From NCBI GenBank assembly GCA_041287245.1, contig JBEULP010000094.1, forward strand, positions 1-11,864: 11,864 nt of DNA, in the 5' to 3' direction. Positions 7,788-11,864 of the stretch are shown here, in pieces (the stretch's first letter is position 1; each line of letters opens with the position of its first letter). The notes beneath the pieces are model-generated. The model saw nothing but the letters and a program-made list of their open reading frames with translations. It had not been told where the DNA came from and made no database searches. The translations under genes and the position numbers were made by a program. The DNA comes from Infirmifilum sp. GTDB taxonomy: Archaea; Thermoproteota; Thermoprotei; Thermofilales; Thermofilaceae.

Positions 7788-9224
7788 TTGGTGAACATTT
7801 TGTCCAGCCTAGATGAGAAAGTCGTAAGAGTCTTTGGCGATGTGGCAGTAGATAAGAGGTTAGCTAGGCTCGACGTTGTCTCAAGGTTGCCTAGATTCAT
7901 TTCGGAATACTTGATCACATATTATCAGAGGGACGGGTCGCCTGATTGGCAGGATAGGCTTGCCAAGGTTGTCAATGAGTGGTACCCAGACCCCAAGGAG
8001 CGGGATAGAGTTCTTAACAGGGCTAAGCAAGAGGGTAAAGTAGTGCTGCTAGACGAGTTCAAGGTCTCCGTGGACTTAAAGAGAAATGCCTACTTCCTCC
8101 ACGTACCTAACTTGCAGATTTATGATGCACTAGTGAAGGAGTCTCTCGTACAAAAGTACGAGAGACTCCTAGGAGGCCTATGGGGTGTGGGAATATTGAG
8201 GTATGTGCCAGAGCTGGCCAAAACGGTTCTTACGCGGAATAAAGACAAGCTGTCTTTCACACCCCTACTGCTTGAGGATTTAAAGCCCTTCCAGGTCTAC
8301 TCCATAGATGTGAAGCACTTCATCGATGCTCGATACAAGTTTTCAATGTGGGAGTGGGTTGACCTTCTCGTCAAAAGCATCGGCCTCAACCCTAAGGTGT
8401 ACAGCTCTAGGCAGAAACTGCTGTTGCTTATCAGGCTCGCGCCCCTAGTCGAAGGGAACGTAAACTTGCTCGAGCTCGGGCCCAGAGCAACCGGCAAGAC
8501 ATATCTCTACAGGAACATCTCTTACTACACTCGAATCTACGCAGGAGGCAAGGTGAGTCCTGCGATGCTCTTTTACAATATGAACCTGAAGACTCTCGGC
8601 GATATCGGGACACGAGATGCCGTTGTCTTCGATGAGGTGGCGAGGATAGAGTTCTCTGATCAGGAGGTTGTTGCTAAGCTGAAGGACTATATGGTCGATG
8701 GGTTCTTCGAGAGAGGTACTCTCAAGAGAGCGCACAGTGACTGCTCCTTAGTCTTCATGGGGAATGTAGAGCTTGGTGGCCAGAGTATCCTCGGAAGCGT
8801 CCAGGACTACTTACCGAATTTTATGAAGGATACTGCGTTCCTTGACAGGGTGCATGGCTTGCTTCCAGGTTGGGAGTTACCCAAGATTATGAAGAGCGAT
8901 ATCCACCTCGCCACCGGTTATGGTCTTGCGGCAGACTACCTATCAGAGGTCATCCATAGAATGCGTGTACAGAGCTATATGCCGGTTGTGGAGGAGTCCG
9001 TTCAGCTTGAGAGCAACTACTCGATAAGAGACGAGATTGGGGTTAAGAAGCTGCTCGCAGGTATGCTCAAGCTGCTCTTCCCTCATAGAGAATTCGACAA
9101 GAGCGAGCTCGAGCCGGTGGTAAGCCTCGCGGTGGAGCTTCGGCAGTATATCGCTGACATCCTGACAGCATTGTCACCTGCGGAGTTTACACCGAAGAAG
9201 TTGAGCTGGTCGATAACAGCATGA
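7788..9224 (+). CDS. brxL: BREX BrxL-like AAA+ protein, short form lacking the C-terminal Lon protease-like domain
   Basis: LPRFISEYL, EWVDLLVKSIGLNP, KLLLLIRLAPLVEGNVNLLELGPRATGKTY (Walker A at 8478), VVFDEV (Walker B), LKDYMVDGFFERG, DTAFLDRVHGLLPGWELPK, GLAADYLSE and IRDE are all BrxL/COG4930 hallmarks. The protein ends at 478 aa. Start is TTG 7788 or GTG 7791. Confidence 0.92.
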   Translation: MVNILSSLDEKVVRVFGDVAVDKRLARLDVVSRLPRFISEYLITYYQRDGSPDWQDRLAKVVNEWYPDPKERDRVLNRAKQEGKVVLLDEFKVSVDLKRNAYFLHVPNLQIYDALVKESLVQKYERLLGGLWGVGILRYVPELAKTVLTRNKDKLSFTPLLLEDLKPFQVYSIDVKHFIDARYKFSMWEWVDLLVKSIGLNPKVYSSRQKLLLLIRLAPLVEGNVNLLELGPRATGKTYLYRNISYYTRIYAGGKVSPAMLFYNMNLKTLGDIGTRDAVVFDEVARIEFSDQEVVAKLKDYMVDGFFERGTLKRAHSDCSLVFMGNVELGGQSILGSVQDYLPNFMKDTAFLDRVHGLLPGWELPKIMKSDIHLATGYGLAADYLSEVIHRMRVQSYMPVVEESVQLESNYSIRDEIGVKKLLAGMLKLLFPHREFDKSELEPVVSLAVELRQYIADILTALSPAEFTPKKLSWSITA

Positions 9225-10051
9225 AAGCTTGGTATCTCAAGTTTGAAGAGATTCAAAAAGAAGTTGAAACACTCTTAAGGAGGAACGACATTCGCAAGGT
9301 GTATAATGCCGTTCTATTCGCAGCCATTTACGCAGCACTCCTGAAGCGGAAAGTTAGCTACGAGCACCTTAGTTCTCTCGCGGAAACTATCCCACCGCAT
9401 TTGCTAGGGGAGGCTAAAGGAAAGTTGCACAGGCACTTTCTCGATTTGATTAGCGTCCTAGAGGAAGCTCTTCGATCTAGGAAGCCTGTGATTGTGGATG
9501 GCGAAGCAAATCTACAGGTAGTACTGGGCTGGTTGAAGAAAGAGATTGGCAGCGTGGATTACGTAGTTCTTTACGACTGTCTATCGCCGATCGAGCTCTT
9601 GGTGATTTCCTCCTACCTTCTAAAGAGCGGATTCTATGCAAAGCCTCTTGGGAGAGTCTTCATCAACCCCGTTGGCCTCACCCGCTTTGTCACAAGCCAG
9701 CTTAGCGAGCAAGAGCATCCTCGAACCTTGCACATGGTGGCCCAGCATATAGCTCGGGAGCTGGGAGCTAGGGGTGCTGACGTGAACCCTTTAGTCGATA
9801 GAATTGTTCATGAAAGTGGCTTAAAAGGGATCAAAGAATTCGCGGATACTCTTAATATCGAAGAGATCGCCAGGGAGGTGTTCAGCGCGGCCAAAAAAGG
9901 AAGGCTTTTGCTAGGCTCTGACCACGGCTATGACCTTGTTCTCACTCCCGACAGGGACATCGTTGTAACACATGGATTTAAATTAAGAGATGAAAGTTCC
10001 ATATTGTTACCTCTAAGTAGGCTGGCAGTATATTCAGTATTTTGGAGGTGA
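9221..10051 (+). CDS. pglZ: Minimal PglZ-like alkaline-phosphatase-superfamily phosphodiesterase
   Basis: VVLYDCLS (D119), NPVGLT (T154, candidate nucleophile), VDRIVH (D193/H197), LLLGSDHGY (D234/H235) and VTHG (H251), in the order expected for the PglZ/AP two-metal site. ATGA overlap with brxL. Confidence 0.75.
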   Translation: MKAWYLKFEEIQKEVETLLRRNDIRKVYNAVLFAAIYAALLKRKVSYEHLSSLAETIPPHLLGEAKGKLHRHFLDLISVLEEALRSRKPVIVDGEANLQVVLGWLKKEIGSVDYVVLYDCLSPIELLVISSYLLKSGFYAKPLGRVFINPVGLTRFVTSQLSEQEHPRTLHMVAQHIARELGARGADVNPLVDRIVHESGLKGIKEFADTLNIEEIAREVFSAAKKGRLLLGSDHGYDLVLTPDRDIVVTHGFKLRDESSILLPLSRLAVYSVFWR

Positions 10052-10056
10052 GTAGC

Positions 10057-10575
10057 ATGAGTACTGAAGGAAAACATGTTTATTACATCTCACTGCTTCG
10101 CAGGAAGAGTACGTGGGAGATCCTCTACAATATCGGTGGCGAGGGAAAGGATATGACCGTTCTCAGGCTGAACGGTAAACACGCCGATAAAATCTTCAGG
10201 GATCTCGTTAGAGTCTTAGCCAGGCAAGGTGCGGTGACTCCTGTCAGGGTGTCGGACAGGGAGGAAGTATACGCGATGCGCGACGACGTAGGACCCGTGG
10301 TAGGCGGCTTCTTAATCCTATTCAGGAAGAGTGGTAGCTTTAGGGGGTGGGGTGCTATCCTCGACGAACTATTCGATAGGGGGTATATAGGCCTAGCTAA
10401 GGCGTTCATAAGCTTCCTCGAGCTAGCAATGGATCTTTCTAGAGCGATGCCCAAGAAAGGCAGAGGATACACTCTCTCGCCCGTGGTCTTAGACGCTCTA
10501 GCACCTGCAGCGAGATGCTTCATCAAAAGATTATCGCAAACTTATAAGCGCTCCGAAGAAGAGACCCAACGGTAG
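10057..10575 (+). CDS. Hypothetical protein (172 aa), last gene of the operon; possible DUF3780-like accessory subunit
   Basis: Strong GGAGGTGA RBS (10044-10051, overlapping the pglZ stop) 5 nt before ATG 10057. Codon style matches the operon. The family guess rests only on position and a loose YAMRDDVGPVVGGFLILFR pattern. Confidence 0.75.
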   Translation: MSTEGKHVYYISLLRRKSTWEILYNIGGEGKDMTVLRLNGKHADKIFRDLVRVLARQGAVTPVRVSDREEVYAMRDDVGPVVGGFLILFRKSGSFRGWGAILDELFDRGYIGLAKAFISFLELAMDLSRAMPKKGRGYTLSPVVLDALAPAARCFIKRLSQTYKRSEEETQR

Positions 10576-10710
10576 AGGTAGCGAAAGTGCCCTAAGTTGC
10601 TTGCCCCGCACTAGCCGAGAGGCGGGCGACCAAAAGCGATCGAAGTCATCGAGGGGGAGCGAGAGTAAGACTCGTAGAGATACTCATATCAATAGCACCA
10701 CCACAACTAG

Positions 10711-11394
10711 AGAAAGCATACAGAGTTTGTTGAGGCGCAGATAAAGGTTCTTGAGGAAAGGATAAGGGATCTTGAGTCACGTATGCCCGAGGAAGAGAGA
10801 AGGCGTGTGGAGAGGCTTGCCTCCCTAGCTGGGGAAGTCAAGGCGTTAAGGGAGTACTTAGCAGGCATTAACAGAAGGATCGAAGCTCTAGGTGATGTGG
10901 GACAGGAACTGGCAGCCGTGGACAAGGAGCTAGGGGAGGTCACCAAGAAGCGTGAGGAGATTGAAAGAAAGATTTACGATCTGAGGAGGAGCGTTGCAAT
11001 GGAGTTCCGCAGGATAGCAAATGAGCTCGTGAGGACACTAGGATTCACGTGGTTTAAAGCTATATCCCTCGATGAATACGGCGGCACATACTCCGTCAGA
11101 ATAATTAGAGCGTTGCCAAGTGGTAGAGAGGAGAAGCAGAACCTCAGGCAACTGAGCACTAGTGAAAGAATCGTTGTAGCATTAATAGCTATACTAACAG
11201 GACTAAAGCCCGGTATAACTAAGGATTACCAGCCCGAAAAAGTGCTGATCTTGGCTGATGAAGCGTTACTAGCATTAGACCCCGAGAGGTATGAGAAGGT
11301 AAAGGACGAGCTAAGGAAATATGGAAAGTATATTGTTGTAACGAAGCTAGCTGAGCCCACAAAGACACCAACACTAACAATATTACACGAGTAG
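10711..11394 (+). pseudogene. 5'-truncated archaeal SMC/Rad50-related ABC ATPase (coiled coil plus C-terminal head half)
   Basis: The coiled coil runs in frame from 10711 (RKHTEFVEAQIKVLEERIRDLESR-MPEEERRR...), directly after TAG 10708-10710. Signature QLSTSER, Walker B/D-loop LILADEALLALD, terminal strand IVVTKL. No Walker A half is seen in the window. Confidence 0.75.
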
Positions 11395-11763
11395 TGTTCC
11401 AATGTACTATGTCACGTTCTAACACCTCTTTCTTGGCAAGTTACGTCTCACGCCAAACCGAACAGGCCGAGGTGTGTCATCTCAGCACACGGAGCCCCCG
11501 GGAAGCGCTCGTCGAGATGTGGAGGAAGGTTGCAGGCTAGCTTAGACGAGTTGCGCGAGGCCCGCCTATTAGTCTGTGAACATCTCGCTCTCATATCAAT
11601 ACGAGATCCTCCAGCTACTCACGGCTTCTACAACCTCACTCTCTCAATTCTCTCAGTGAAAGAGAGATGCTGGGCGGGTGGCGTTTTGAGGAGACAGGCG
11701 TGTTGCTCGCGTGGGGCGAGACGAATTTAATTGCTCGAGCGGTTACTGGCTGGGGGATGGTCT

Positions 11764-11864
11764 GTGAGAATGTGGATGGTGCCGCCGAGTATTATGTGCG
11801 ACAGGCACTTGCTGGGCGAGCATGTCGAGTTGCACATGCTCGTCGGCGCTCTCAGGAGGAAGGT
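11764..11864 (+). CDS. Pyrimidine dimer DNA glycosylase / T4 endonuclease V-like protein (5' part, runs off the window)
   Basis: GTG 11764 gives MRMWMVPPSIMCDRHLLGEHVELHMLVGALRRK, the family N-terminal motif (MRMW...P..(L/M)C..HLLGEH.ELH). G-rich RBS-like GGGGGATGG at 11752-11760 and TTTAATT at 11726-11732. Confidence 0.85.
   Translation, partial: MRMWMVPPSIMCDRHLLGEHVELHMLVGALRRK

Noticed and set aside
7788..9224. Calling this gene an ATP-dependent Lon protease
   Set aside because: No Lon proteolytic domain or catalytic Ser motif is present; only the BrxL AAA+ part is.
1479..10575. Calling the operon canonical BREX type 1/4 or a type I/III restriction-modification system
   Set aside because: No PglX, BrxA, BrxB or PAPS reductase, and no HsdR/HsdS/Res helicase-nuclease motifs; the MTase and ATPase are DUF1156 and DUF499 types.
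513..11425. Numerous minus-strand ORFs in the track (e.g. 513-977, 3542-4030, 7126-7677, 10125-10526) and the + strand 4366-4557 ORF
   Set aside because: They are shadows of well-supported + strand genes, with Ser/Thr/Arg-rich antisense-type composition and no motifs.
11530..11730. 66-aa + strand ORF
   Set aside because: TTG start, no recognisable motif, atypical composition, and it runs into the likely promoter of the downstream glycosylase gene.
1..11864. CRISPR array, tRNA/att site, integrase or IS element
   Set aside because: No regularly spaced repeats, tRNA-like sequence, recombinase/transposase motifs or long terminal inverted repeats were seen by eye.

Overview
Archaeal-looking accessory/defence region: GGTGA/GGAGGTGA ribosome-binding sites, TATA-like boxes and protein families typical of Thermoproteota (host is inferred). 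The core is a tightly coupled + strand operon at about 1479-10575. It encodes a DUF1156/COG1743-type Zn-ribbon amino-methyltransferase, a DUF499/COG1483-type ATPase, a short BrxL AAA+ protein without the Lon domain, a minimal 276-aa PglZ-like alkaline-phosphatase-superfamily protein with an apparently complete metal site, and a 172-aa unknown protein. This looks like a BREX-related hybrid system with no helicase, BrxA/BrxB or recognisable nuclease gene. Upstream lie decayed ribbon-helix-helix/antitoxin-like remnants, a truncated second DUF1156 methylase of another subtype and a DUF6884-like gene with a damaged start. Downstream lie a 5'-truncated archaeal SMC/Rad50-related ATPase and the start of a T4 endonuclease V-like glycosylase gene that the ORF track missed. 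All family assignments come from motif recognition by eye; no database searches were run.
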